This document shows positions 26,501 through 38,872 of a stretch of DNA of 64,000 nt, in pieces; within the stretch, counting starts at the first letter, position 1, and the number at the start of each line of letters is the position of its first letter. Where the stretch lies: contig MNCI01000745.1 of NCBI GenBank assembly GCA_015680685.1, forward strand, positions 142,824-206,823, in the 5' to 3' direction. A program made the position numbers and the translations under genes. The notes below the pieces were generated by a model. That model made no database searches. It worked only from the letters and a program-made list of their open reading frames with translations, and was not told where the DNA came from. This DNA is from Gnetum montanum (taxonomy: Eukaryota; Plantae; Gnetophyta).

Positions 26501-27385
26501 TTTTCTGTTCAGGAGCAAGAGCGGCATTGATAATTACCAACTTGCCATTTTGCAAGAATGCGTATTCCAGGTGGACCGGTAAAGACTTTAGCTCCAGGGG
26601 TTCTTGTTTGAAGCTCTCAGGGATTTGTAGCATTCCCAATCATCTTGGTCATCAACAGTGGAGATCTGTTGATGAATCTCCTCCATCTCATCCATGCTAT
26701 CAACATAGGCTTGCACTAGCCCCTCAAATGGTTCCATGCACAATGTGCTACTATTGGGATCAGCTATCAGCCACTGGGTGCCCTCTTGGTTAGTGGCTAC
26801 TGCATACAAGCACTGTTGAATAGGTGACTCCTCGGTACACCAATTGCATGCTTGAATGGATATCCACTTAGCGGACCATGATTGCTACATACAGTTGCAC
26901 CCTGAGTCACTGTACATGATGCATGGAACTCTTTTCTTCTCGATCTTCCCAAAAAGATTTTCCTTTAAAATTTCTAGGGACAGATCTTGGAGTCCTAGTT
27001 GTGCATCCACTATGCTTAGCCAGGCTCTTCCCATGATGATTGGGAAGTTCCCCTTACAGTTATTGACACGGATGACTAGGAAATCAGCAGGGTAGGACCA
27101 CCCACAAATGGTGGTCACAATGTCCTCCACCAAACCCAAAGGAATGATGATGGACTGGTCTGCTAACTCGAGCCGGATGTTGCTCTTCTTTAGCGGGGTC
27201 AAGTTCCAGTTCTTGTACATATCGTGATAAATCAAATTAACCCCTGACCCTGAGTCCAGAAGAGCTTTGCGCGGCTCATTCCTAGCCACCTGAAGATATA
27301 TTAGGGGGCTTCCCAGATCTGTTAATTTCCAGGGAAGAGAACCTACTTTGATCCAGTCGATCACGGCATGTGTGAGCATGATCAT
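23503..27385 (-). pseudogene. pol of the Athila-like element (PR, RT, RNase H, integrase), disrupted
   Basis: PR ALLDSGSGVN; RT KDQFSLPFVDQ..FLDGYSGYNQI..MPFGLCNVPATFQ; RH ENVVADHLSR; [30 protein letters not shown]; C-terminal W.GPY.V motif. Confidence 0.9.
24174..24531. repeat. ~180-bp tandem duplication inside integrase
   Basis: 24174-24356 repeated at ~24359-24531; the second copy lacks ~10 bp. Confidence 0.85.
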
Positions 27386-27399
27386 CTAGACGTTGGAGT

Positions 27400-29870
27400 G
27401 TGGTGGAGCGGAGGATTGCTCAGGTGGTATGATTGTAGAAGCATTGGTAGGTTTGGAGGCACTAGCCACAGGTGTAGGTGAGGGTGTATTTAGATTATTG
27501 GGCCAGAAAAAATGACGTTTGCGTGGCTTGGGTTCTGGTCCACTTGGCCGAGGTGTCAGTTGTAAGTTAACAGCCCTCGTAGCGTTTCGTTGTTGTGGCT
27601 GTGGTGGTATCTCTCCCTACATTGATGGAGAAGTGGCAACTGAGTGGGATGGTGTGGAGGAGTGACAAAAGAAGGTGAAAAAGGGTAGAAGAGATGTAGA
27701 TTTGTCCCCCTAGGTGATGGAGATGGATGTCTAAAATATTCAAGGGGATGGTAGTAACTGGGAAAGGCTACATGACTGGAAGAGTCTCTTGGAGAGACCA
27801 GTTGCTGAACATAGTACCCATAAGGATCTGACTGCTTGTAAGGATACTGCTGCCTTGGAGGTGGCATCCCCCATGCTTGTGGTTGATGCCACTGTTGGAA
27901 GTATTCATACTGTTGTGGGGGTATTCCACTCGAATATTATCCTTGCTACTGCTGGTGGAATCGCCTGGGGTTACCTTGTGGATAAGGAAACCTTCGGGGT
28001 GTCTGCCACTGCACCAAGCGAGGGTTCAAGGCATACACCCCAAACTCTTGAAGTTGTGACACCACAGGACAACATCCCTTAGGATGTTCATACTGGCATA
28101 TGCCACATTCATCGTCCTCCTCAGTGTCAGAGTCTACAACCTATTCTGCTACATCAATGTTTCCCTTACCCTTATGTAGGCACGTTCAGCTCCCTTCTTC
28201 CTACACCGATCACGGTCACTACCTTGTTCTTTGGACTCTTTTGCAATTTTCAATACACTTTGGAATTTCTCGTCCAAAGAGTCCCACATTTTATCCACCT
28301 TTGCCAATATTTCAGATGCAAACTTTTGTAAAGACAAAGTCTTCCTATTCATCGCTTCTTCTAGTGATGACTCATCCTCCTCATCACAAAATTAGACCTT
28401 CCTCTTCCTGAGGGAAGGGTCCTGATTGAATTCTTCTGCACTATCCTTTTTCCAAAGTTCTCCTTCCTCCTTGGCCACCTGATCAATGAGGCATTTCAAC
28501 TGATGGACCCTTAACTCCAACAGTCGTCCCTTGGCGTACACGCCAAGGGTCTTTCGTGTTTCAAAATGGAGCCCATCAGTGATGTGGCAAAGTTGTGCCC
28601 ACTGAGAATAACCATGACCAGGGCACTGATGCAACAGTGAGTAATACTTGCTCATGGTGACATCCAAGGGTTCATGATTCCCTTGTTTCCAACCTTGGAT
28701 CTATCTTCTCAAATTCGCCACTCTAGAGTACGTTTGATAGTTGTCATTGAAAATTTCAAGCATCGTACTCCATCTTCTGATTGATTTCGGCTCCAAGGAC
28801 CAGTACCAAATTTTAGCTTCTTTGATGAGTGTGTGAGGGAACAGCTTCAACTATTGCTAATCATTATCAATGTTTTGCAAGGTGCAGGCATTATGGAACG
28901 CCTGTAGGTGGGTCTACGGATCAAAGTTGTATCCCCCTTCAGATCTGGGGATGTTGTTCATATCAACTCGCTTGATTTAGCTATCCTTTATGTGCCTACT
29001 TGGAATGTGAACTGCCTCTGTAATCTGGAGCATGCTCCGAGTGGCTAACAATGGCTCGTCTGAATCATAGTCCTATTGGAGACCATGACGTCTATGAAGA
29101 TTTCTGCTATCCTTTCTTTCATGCCAGCAAGTATCACACGATTGGTCGCATGCTTCCTCATGTTGCCCCTTCTAAACCTATTTACCACTGTCCTTTCTCT
29201 CCAGCCTTCCCCTGTTACGCTCAAAGCTTGAGCTAAATGAAGGCGTAGGAGAGGGGGAGGACGGAGAAGAAGGAGAGGCATCACCACCGCTCTGGTGGCG
29301 ATCTCCCCATCTACCTTGAGGGTGGCCTCGATCATCCAGCCCAGCCTTGCTACGTGACCCTCCATCCCCTTGAGGATCGTGGTCACTTGGAGGTTTTTTC
29401 TAAATGATTGACTGGATGAACTGCAGCCCTAGGGGAAGTTCGGTCAAATGAGTATTATGAAATATAGGATCCCCATCGTCTTGCAGCCCTTGCGAGAATA
29501 AGGGATTGCTAAATTGTTTTTTCTTTTTCTATTCATATCTCTCCGCCTACTGCTGATCTCTTGTCCATTAAGCCTCCATGAGATGATAGTCCTGGTAGTC
29601 ATGGTCCTCCATGACATACTCTGCCACCTAGTCCTAGATGCCCAATCTGCCCAGATTGTGATATAGCATCGCAAGAGCTGCTCAGTCGGGTGGTAGCATG
29701 ATGCTACCCTTCATGTTCCACCATCGGAGATGCTCATCCTGATGTAGGATGAATGTGAAATCAAGGACATATTCATCAAGATGTTTGTACACCACCCAAC
29801 ATTCTTGCGACACCAGTGGTTCAAATACATCTCTCCTATGAGAACACATGTTGGACGTTAGATGGTCCAT
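27400..29870 (-). pseudogene. gag of the Athila-like element with an N-terminal extension
   Basis: Capsid-like HLQAFHNAC..LKLFPHTLIKEAKIWY..W motif; CPGHG motif; one frame from 29870 to 28392 with premature stops; Pro/Gln-rich C-terminal part. Confidence 0.8.
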
Positions 29871-29996
29871 ATAATCTGTGTACCTTACGATTAACTTAAA
29901 TTTGCCTAGTGTGCATAAATATTTCTACCCTAGGTTCGTTCTAACGACTTAAATGATAATTTCACTAAGGTCAAATGACGCATGTAAGACTAACAA

Positions 29997-30014
29997 TCCC
30001 CAACAACGACGCCA
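29997..30014 (-). promoter_or_regulatory. PBS (tRNA-Asp type, deaminated)
   Basis: TGGCGTCGTTGTTGGGGA versus TGGCGCCGTTGCCGGGGA in element 1. Confidence 0.8.
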
Positions 30015-30015
30015 A

Positions 30016-30932
30016 TGATGAGCGGATAGGTATCCCTATGCCCAACCATACGAATCACAAGTGTTCACGCGTGACTCGATCGAAATCTGCAGACTATAAG
30101 CACTTAACATACACCAAACTTCTAACCAGTGAAACCTTGGGTTAGAACAATCGTTGTCATCCTAATCTCACTTGTGAAGTTCTGTTTACGTTGGTTAAGT
30201 GAGATTAAGGCTAATGATTTTTATATCTTTTTAATTATCTTTTCGGTGGCTAATTGAAGTATGGAAAGTAAGGAATAAACTATTATCTAATCTCTAATTA
30301 TCCTAGCTTATATTCTAACTATTCCTAGCATAAGTATCTGGTCCCATATTCCGAGCATGTTCTGAGCATCTCCTAACACTTCTGGGTTACCAGATGTTAA
30401 GTGTCACTGGGCTTACCAAGTATTTGGGTTACGTTCGAGATGGTCGTACTTATGGCCTTAATGAACTATGAATGAACAATAGCAATTGAAATTATAATAA
30501 TGAAAACATAAGTAATTAACAAGTAACTAATAAAGCATAAACATATTAAACTATTAAATGCATAAAATAACTAAGTCCAAATGCTACAAGAAAAGCTTGA
30601 AGAGTTCGTCTTTATTTCTGTCACACCAATGGGCTCAGATACACCAACGCTCAAATAAAGAGCCGATCACTTTTCTTACACCTGTTGCGGGCACTTGGAA
30701 AATATTCTATCTCTTGCAGGAACAAACTACAAGAGCTTCGCTACAACTACTCAAAAAGATGTCCAAATGAGGTGGAAGGCCCTCTTATTTATAGGCCGGG
30801 AAAGGTGGCTACATAAACGGGGCCACATCGATGTAGGGTGGCTACGTCGACGAGCCCACATCGACGCGGCCGCATATACGTGGCCCTGTATACGTGGCCC
30901 AGTCGACGCATTGACTAAATGACACTTCATCA
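30016..30932 (-). repeat. 5' LTR of the Athila-like element
   Basis: TG..CA, adjacent PBS, TATA at 30785-30794. Confidence 0.95.
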
Positions 30933-31349
30933 ATGAACAAAAAAAATATAAAAACATAAATCAAAAAAATATATGTATGAGCATGACCATATAAAGAATC
31001 CAACCTCACAAATAGAACAATTCATGTGTCTAAAAGCATATGTTGATCAATAGTTCATAATGTAAGACATAATATGTGGCATAAACCCATCTACTATGAA
31101 AATCCAATAGAAATGACTTCAAAAAGAATCCATCTCACATAAATATCATCCAAGAATAATAGGGAAAATGTCAAAGTCTACATCCTATGAAAGCATCAAT
31201 AAAATTATAGACATCACAGTATAGATACTAAACTTGTTGTTCTCCTCCTTTCCTATGTACCTCATGATCCTTTGGAGTTATGTTTCAAACAATGCAATGT
31301 ACAATACCACTAATGCTAGTTGAGACTAATAATTTAAGTCTCACAGGCA

Positions 31350-32401
31350 TGGAGCAAGTTCACTCCACAAATAAATCACCTTCAAATACTAAATCTAGAT
31401 ATTATGCAAAAAGCAAACTTTTTACTAGAAAACAACAAAACTAAATATCTTCAATTAATTTATTAGAAGATTACAACTAGCTTCTCAAACCCACAAACAT
31501 TCAAAATTTGTCACACTCAAACAATATTGTAGAGCATGAGGCTCTACAACCACACAATGGTTGTTCTCAATGCAAGACACAACCAATAGAGAATCTCTTC
31601 CACAACCTAGAACTAAGATCTCAACTCACAAGTAAGATACAAGAGAAAAGAACACAAATACCAACACATCACAAGTTGATCTTGGAGGTGCTCACCCAAT
31701 GTGCTCACTCACTCTCTCTTGCCCTGCTCTCCATATCCAAGAGCTTTCTCCCTTACTCATGCTCAACAAATATGAATTACATCAATATTAATGGAAAACT
31801 AGAAGATAAGAAACCTAAAAACCTTTCCTCAACTCAACTTGAGGTTCTTTAGATGTTTCCCAAATCTTCTCATCTTTTCCATGATTTTTTTCATCTTGCT
31901 TTGGCTATTTCCATCTTGCTTTAGCTATTTCCCAAATTAGGATGGGCATTTTGGGAAGTATCCCCATCTGTATGGGTTCTCTCTGGCTTTGTTGGGACAT
32001 CTCTTATAAAAACCTTCCTTTGGCTAGGACATCCCATCTCAATCCCAAATGTCCCAATTTATGGTGGGATGTCCCACCTGAGATGTCATCACACAGTTGG
32101 GACATCTCACCTAGAACATCCCAATTTTTGGTGTGATGTCCCACCTATTAAGACTAAACAAAATAATGCTTGTTTTGATGTTTGAAACCTTTGGATGCCT
32201 TCAAACAAGTCCTCATAGTCCCTGGAACCTCCTATACTTATCAAAATGAGCCCAAAACATGCCAAAACATCCAAGAATCATCATCAATCAACACAAGAAG
32301 ACACACACTAATAGGACATACTTGTCCACATCTTCTTCAATCCTGAAACTTGCAAAAACAACTTGTAGAACAAGGGAATCAAAATAGGTGTTCCTACACC
32401 A
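31350..32401 (-). repeat. 3' LTR of the CRM element
   Basis: Diverged direct repeat of 37177-38269. Confidence 0.9.
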
Positions 32402-32414
32402 ACTCTCCCACCCT

Positions 32415-35400
32415 TCAAAAAGTGAACTCAGGTGAGTAATTGAGTAAGGGTAGAAGTAATCCCCCATTCAAAAGTTTAGATTCATGGATCCATGCAGCAT
32501 CATCAATGAATTGATACTCCCAATGGATCAAATATTCATGCCTCTTGACTCCCCTCCACTTGAGTACGATGGCCTTCCACTCCACCAAAGGCTTGGACTG
32601 ATTAATAGCCCCCTTCAACTCATCGATGCTACATTGTATGGTCTCCTCATCAGCTGGTCCATGATAGTGCATAAGATCTAAAACATTAAACACCAATGAC
32701 ATACCAACATCATTTGGTAAATCAATCTCAAAAGCATTATCATTGATCTTAACCTTGATCTTGAAAGGTCCCATATTCTTGGCTTGCAATTTGGAAAAGT
32801 TAACACCTCTCAACTGCTTCTTCATCAAGTGCACTCAAACCAAATCACCAATGGCAAAATTAGGCTTCCACTTACCCTCATTCCTCTTGGGAACTCTCTC
32901 TTCAACCTTCTTCTTAAGATTTTATTTTACTTATGCATGATGATCCCTCATCTCTTACACAAAATCAACACTAAGTTGAGCTTCACCATCAAAGCTCTTT
33001 AAGGTATCCACCATCTTTGGATAAAATCCATAGTTCACCTCAAATGGGCTTTTGCCAATAGCAACATGAAAAACATTTTTGTATGAAAACTCAACATGAT
33101 ACAACAAGTTCTTCCACCTATTTGGTTGTCCATCACTTAAACATCTCAATATGTTTAGCAAGGACTTGTTCACCACCTCCATTTGGCCATCAGATTGTGG
33201 ATGATATGCACTAGAAAAATTTAGCTTTGTGCCTAAAATCTTCCAAATGGACCTCCAAAATTGACTTGTGAACTTGGATTTTCTGTCACTAACAATATTC
33301 AAAGGAATACCATGCAACTTCACAATATGCTAGAAAAATAAATTTGCAACATGAGAAGCATCACTTACTTTCTTGCATGGAATGAAATGTGCCATCTTGG
33401 AGAATTTGTCCACAACAACAAAAATTGCATCACTCCCACTTTTGGTTTTCGGAATACCACTCACAAAATCCATAGACATACTTTCCCAGGGACCTTTGGG
33501 AGTTGGCAAAGGCATATAATGTCCATCCACACCTTTAACCCCTTTTCACTTCTAACATGTCAAGCACTCCTTCACAAATTTTAAAAATTTTATTCCCATA
33601 CTAAGCCAAAAATAGTGCTTGCCACAAGTTCCAATGTTTTATCCCTACCCATGTGACTTACCATGCCACTATAATGCTTTTCAAACAAAATTTTTTTCCT
33701 AAAATCATAATTAGGAACACATACCTTTCCATTCTTAAATAACGATTCATCTTAAATATGATAGTCCCTCCATTGGTCTATCCTATTCATCAATGGCTAT
33801 TTGAGGCTCCTCCAAACCTACCCAAAACTAATATCATGCTCATACAAAGAAGCAAAATCACCCACACCTTCCACATCAGGAATGCTGAAATTCACCACAT
33901 GCACCCTGGATAATGCATCAGCCACCACATTGGCTTTCCCACTTTTGTTCTTCAACACAAAATTGAACTCTTGTAACTATGAAACCCACTTCGTGTGCTT
34001 TGCACTCAACTTCTTTTGAGAGTTTAGAAATTGAAGTGCTTTGTGGTCCATCATCAAAGTGAATTCCTTGGGCAACAAGTAATGCCTCCAATGCTTAATT
34101 GCTTGAAAAATAGCATACAAATCCTTCTCATATATGCTATATTTTTTGTTTGACTCATTTAACTTTTCTGAAAAGAAAGTAACAAGCTTACCTTCTTGTA
34201 AAAATACCCCACCAATGGCAAGTCCACTTGCATCTACCTCCACTTGAAAAATTTTCTAAAAATCTAGAATTGCAAGGACCAATTCACTAGTAATTTTTGC
34301 TTTCAATAAGTCAAAGCTTCCGTGGGTTTCATTATCCCACCTAAATTCCTTATTTTTCTTCAACAAACAAAACATAGGCCTTGAAATACCACTAAAATTT
34401 TTTATGAACCATCTATAAAAACCTACTAAACCAACGAATGATCTTACCTCCCCAACATTCTTAGGAGTTGGCCAATCCCTAGTAGCCTTCACCTTGGTAG
34501 CTTCCATACAAATCTAATTTTTAGAAATCACATGGCCCAAATATGTGATTTCCCTCCTAAAGAAATAGCATCTCTTCACATTGATCACTAGCTATGCCTC
34601 CTCCAACTTAAGACACACCATCCTCAAGTGATCCAAGTGTTCTTCCTCATTAGAGCTATACATCAAAATATCATCAAAAAAGACAATATAGCATTTACCA
34701 ATCAAGTCCTTCAATACATCATGCATCAACCTCATGAATGTAGTAGGTGCATTCATGAGTCCAAATGGCATCACCAACCACTCAAACAATCCATTCAATG
34801 TCTTGAAAGTTGTCTTCCAGTCATCACCAAACCTGAGTCTGATTTGATGGTAATCACTCTTTAAATCAATTTTGGTAAAAATCTCTACATTGGTAAGGAC
34901 ATCAAGGATATCATCCATCCTTAGCATATGAAACTTGTACCTCACTGTTACTCTATTCACTATCCTAGAATCAATGCACATCCTCCATTCATTGTTGTCC
35001 TTCTTCGACACTAGCACCACTGGAATTGCACAAGGTGAAATGGATTCCCTTACAAAGCCATTTGCAAGTAACTCCTCTACTTGCCTTTGCAATTCAACCC
35101 TCTGATTTGGTGCCATCCAATAACCTCTCTCATTTGGAATGGTAGCACCTAGAACGAAATCAATTTAATGTTGTACATACCTCATTGATGGTAATCTCTC
35201 CAATTCCCCCTTGAACACCTTGGGAAATATCTCCTTCAAGCCTAGCACACTTGTAGGAAGTTCAACCTACACATCATCATGGTTAGTAGCAACTATTGTC
35301 ATAACAACAAAACCAAAACTAGTTTCATCATGTTCCTTAATATATTCCCTCTCTTCTAGAAGGATTAAGAAAGCATTAAGTGAGCTTTACTATCTCACTT

Positions 35401-37075
35401 GTTCAATTGTCATAGGAATCAAATCATGGATTCCATTAGGTCTAGCTATACTCCATACATTTCTTGCTCCATCAAACTGAGAACCATTGTCATAATTCCA
35501 AGGTCTACCAAGAATTACATCAACACAATCTATTGGAAGCACATCACACTTCACAACATTATGAAAACTTCCAATTTTAAATCTCAAGGTACATTGTTCC
35601 CTCACCTCTTGGGAAAAATTGTTAAACAACCAATGCACCTTATAGTATATAGGATGAGAATTAGCTACTAAGCCCAATTTGGCAACTACCTGAGAAGAAA
35701 TAACATTTTATTGGGCTTCCCCATCAATCAAAACATGAATCCATTCCCCACTATTCAAACATATAGCCCTAATCCAAAATAACAACTTCCTATTAGGATG
35801 ATCTCCTCTATTCACATTCCCCATGAATGCACAAGAATTTAATTCAAAAACATTCTCAATTTTTGGAGCATTAGGGTTACCTCTCTAAATACCTTGGCTA
35901 GATGTCTCTTCCACCTCCACGGTTTGCACATCCTTACCCTTGACAACCTTGTGAAGTGAACATTTCCATTGCTTGTGTCTCCATTATCCACACTTGAAGC
36001 ATTGGATTTTTTATGAGCCACTACCTTGACCTTTGCCTCCCTTGCCTTGGTCCTTCTTGGCCTAGCCGTTTTCATCGTCTCTTTCAGTCTTCTTGTCATG
36101 GCTGCCCTCCTTGTCTTCAAATTGAGATTTGAATCCTTTCTCAGATCTAGATCCATTCTCCTTCTCCTTGGAAGTTTATTTGCTCTTCTTTCCAAATCCA
36201 CCTAGTTTCTTCTCACTCTTGAGTACCAAATCATAAGCCTCATCAAGAGTTTGTGGCTCATAAAAAGACAACTCCTACTAATAAATCATTTTGAGACCTC
36301 CTAAAAAGATTGAAGCCTGCTCATATTCCTCCAAGTTTACCTTAGCTTGATGGAATAGATCACCAAATTCAATGTAGNGCACTATGCATGTCGCGTCTCA
36401 TCATCACCCTACCTTAGGAATTTTAACTTCATAATGGTTTCTTGTCTCTGCTAAGACTACTCAAATTTTATTTTCAACCTATATTTCATTAGATCCCAAT
36501 CTTTGATAGGTTGATCGTTTTTTCTTTCATAACCCTTAGACTCCTTTTCCCACCAAGTAGAAGTCATACCTTCTAATCTAGATTCAGCAATAGGTAACCT
36601 CCAGTTATTTGGTACCTCTTCCAACTAAAAATGCTTCTCAAAGTGTCTTCACCCAAGTTGCAAAAGCATTGCTGCCATCTACACCATTGAAAGTTTTCAA
36701 CTCCATGTATAGAAATCTTACAGCATTTCTAAACACTCTTGCAAGTCTTGCCTCATCTTCCCCTTCAAGCTTGCCTATAGAAAAAGTATTGAACATCATT
36801 AGAGCCTATTGAGTTCTCATTGAAGGAATAAGATTTCCTCCCATTGAAATCCTTAGCTCATGGTTTCGTATACTCCCAAACTTGGATTGTCCTTCATCTT
36901 CATCTGCTCCATCTCCATCTCGCTGTGAAACTTGTTCATTCAAATGTGCATGCTCATCACCTTTGCATGTCTGGATTTGACTAGGATGAGCATTCGTATC
37001 TACCTTAGTGTTGATTTCCTCCAACCTAGCAACCATCATCTAAAAGGTAGACTTCATGCTCTTCATGTCTTAATT
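32415..37075 (-). pseudogene. gag-pol of the CRM element (zinc knuckle, PR, RT, RH, INT, chromodomain-like tail), disrupted
   Basis: CFKCG*WRHKQWKC at ~35960-36003; VLIDGEA protease site; RT KIDLKSDYHQIR..VMPFGLMNAP..FFDDIL; RH VDASGLAIG; [32 protein letters not shown]; EYLIHWEYQFIDDAAW. Confidence 0.9.
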
Positions 37076-37176
37076 CAGTGCTTACATCTATTTCTTTTGG
37101 GGTGCCATCTGAAATTAACAAGACTCTTAACCAAATTCCAAACAACAATGAAACTAGGCTTTGATACCAATAACAC

Positions 37177-38269
37177 TGGAGCAGGTTCACACCACAATTA
37201 AATCACCTTCAAATACTAAATTCAAATATTATGCAAAGATAAAAAATTTTGCTATAAAACAAGAAAATTAGCTATCTTCAACTAATTTATTAGAAGATTA
37301 CAACTAGGTTCTCAAAACCACAAACATTCAAAACCCATCACACTTAAACGATATCATAGAGCATGAGTCTCTACAACCACACAATGGTTGTTCTCAATGC
37401 AAAACACAACCAATAGAGAATCTCTTCCACAACTTGGAATTGAGATCTCAACTCACAAGTAAGATACAAGAGAAAAGAACACAGAGACCAACACATTAGT
37501 TGATCTTGGAGGTGCAATCACCAATTACAATCACTCAAGCTACTCACCCACTCTCTCTGGCCTTGCTCTCCATATCCAAGAGCTTTCTCTCTTACTCATG
37601 CTCAACAAATATGCATTACATCAATATTAATGGCTAACTAGAAGATAAGAAACCTAGAAACCTTTCCTCAACTCAACTTGAGGCTCTTTATATGTTTCCC
37701 AAATATTCTCATCTTCTCCCTAGCTATTTCCATCTTTCTTTGGTTGTTTCCATCTTGCTTTAACTGTTTCTTGAATTTGGATGGGCATTTTTGAAAGTTG
37801 TCCCATCTGTATGGATCGTTTCTAGCTTTGCTAGAACATCTCCTATGAAAACCTTCCTTTTGGCTAGCATGTCTGCTATTTTTCTGGGACGTCCCATCTT
37901 TGTCCCATATGTCCCAAGTTCTAATGGGATGTCCCGCTCGAGATGTCATCACATAGTTGGGACATCTCACCTAGGACATCCTAATTTTTGGTGGGACATC
38001 CCACCTACCAGGGCCAAACAAAAACATGATTGTTTTGATGTCTGGAACCTCTGGATGCCTTCAAACAAGTTTCCTTAGATCCCTAAACTCATCAAAATGA
38101 GCCCAAAACATCTCAAAACATGCCAAAACATTCAAGAATCATCATCAATCAACACAAGAAGATACACACTAATAGGACACACTTGTCCATGTCTTCTTTA
38201 AGCCTGAAACCTACAAAAACAACTTGTAAGGCAAAGCACAAGGGAGTCAAAAGAGGTATTCCTACACCA
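37177..38269 (-). repeat. 5' LTR of the CRM element
   Basis: Minus strand TGGTGTAGG...GCTCCA; PBS follows after a 7-nt spacer. Confidence 0.9.
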
Positions 38270-38778
38270 AGGCATGTCATGGTTATTTGGGTTAAGTATA
38301 GGATTTGAATCGAATGCACATGTCAACATATATCATATCTCACATTTAGTGCAATGCATGCTAGTCTCTTTTGTTATGCTTGATTGGTTAATGATGGTAA
38401 GAGAAGATGCTTGCTATCATGTATGCACCTCATTATTTTCAAGATGTATGTTTTATTGTGCCATGATATGATATGCTTGAGTACTATATGTTGACATGTA
38501 TTTGCAAATCAAAGTATGCTGCAATGCTTGCTGCAATCCTCATCCATAGTCATTATCCTCAATTGATCAGGGAAGTGTCAAGGGATCTCATTCAGTTTTT
38601 ATTGACTCTCTTATTTATAGGTCATGAGATATGTGAAGGAGGAGGGGCATGGGCTTATTAGCTTCACTATGATGTCTATGCTTTTCCTAATGCTTTCGTC
38701 AGATGTAGACATTGATATTTTTCCTATTATTCTTAGATACTGAATATTTATGCTAGATGGATTCTTTTGTAGTCATTT

Positions 38779-38872
38779 CTATTAAATTTTCATATTGATA
38801 GTAGATGAGCTTATGCTACTGATTACTATTAAATTTTCATATTGATAGTAGATGAGCTTATGCTACTGATTA
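38779..38872. repeat. 47-bp perfect tandem duplication in the right arm of the fold-back element
   Basis: ctattaaattttcatattgatagtagatgagcttatgctactgatta x2. Confidence 0.9.

Larger units (their letters stand above)
17479..30932 (-). mobile_element. full-length Athila/OTA-like Ty3/gypsy retrotransposon (13.45 kb), degenerate
   Basis: LTRs at 17479-18380 and 30016-30932 (TG..CA); TSD ATGAA on both sides; PBS 29997-30014; PPT 18381-18392; gag-PR-RT-RH-INT order plus a downstream ORF2; many stops and frameshifts. Confidence 0.95.
31350..38269 (-). mobile_element. full-length CRM-clade chromovirus (Ty3/gypsy), degenerate
   Basis: LTRs at 31350-32401 and 37177-38269; TSD AGGCA; PBS TGGTATCAAAGCC (tRNA-iMet, 37157-37169); PPT GAAGGGTGGGAGAG (32403-32416); CRM-typical CDVLPIDCVDVILGRPW after the protease. 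Confidence 0.9.

Noticed and set aside
29045-29386. 113-aa ORF as a separate retroelement gene
   Set aside because: Alternative frame of the low-complexity Gag linker; the adjacent frame is continuous with the N-terminal and capsid domains.
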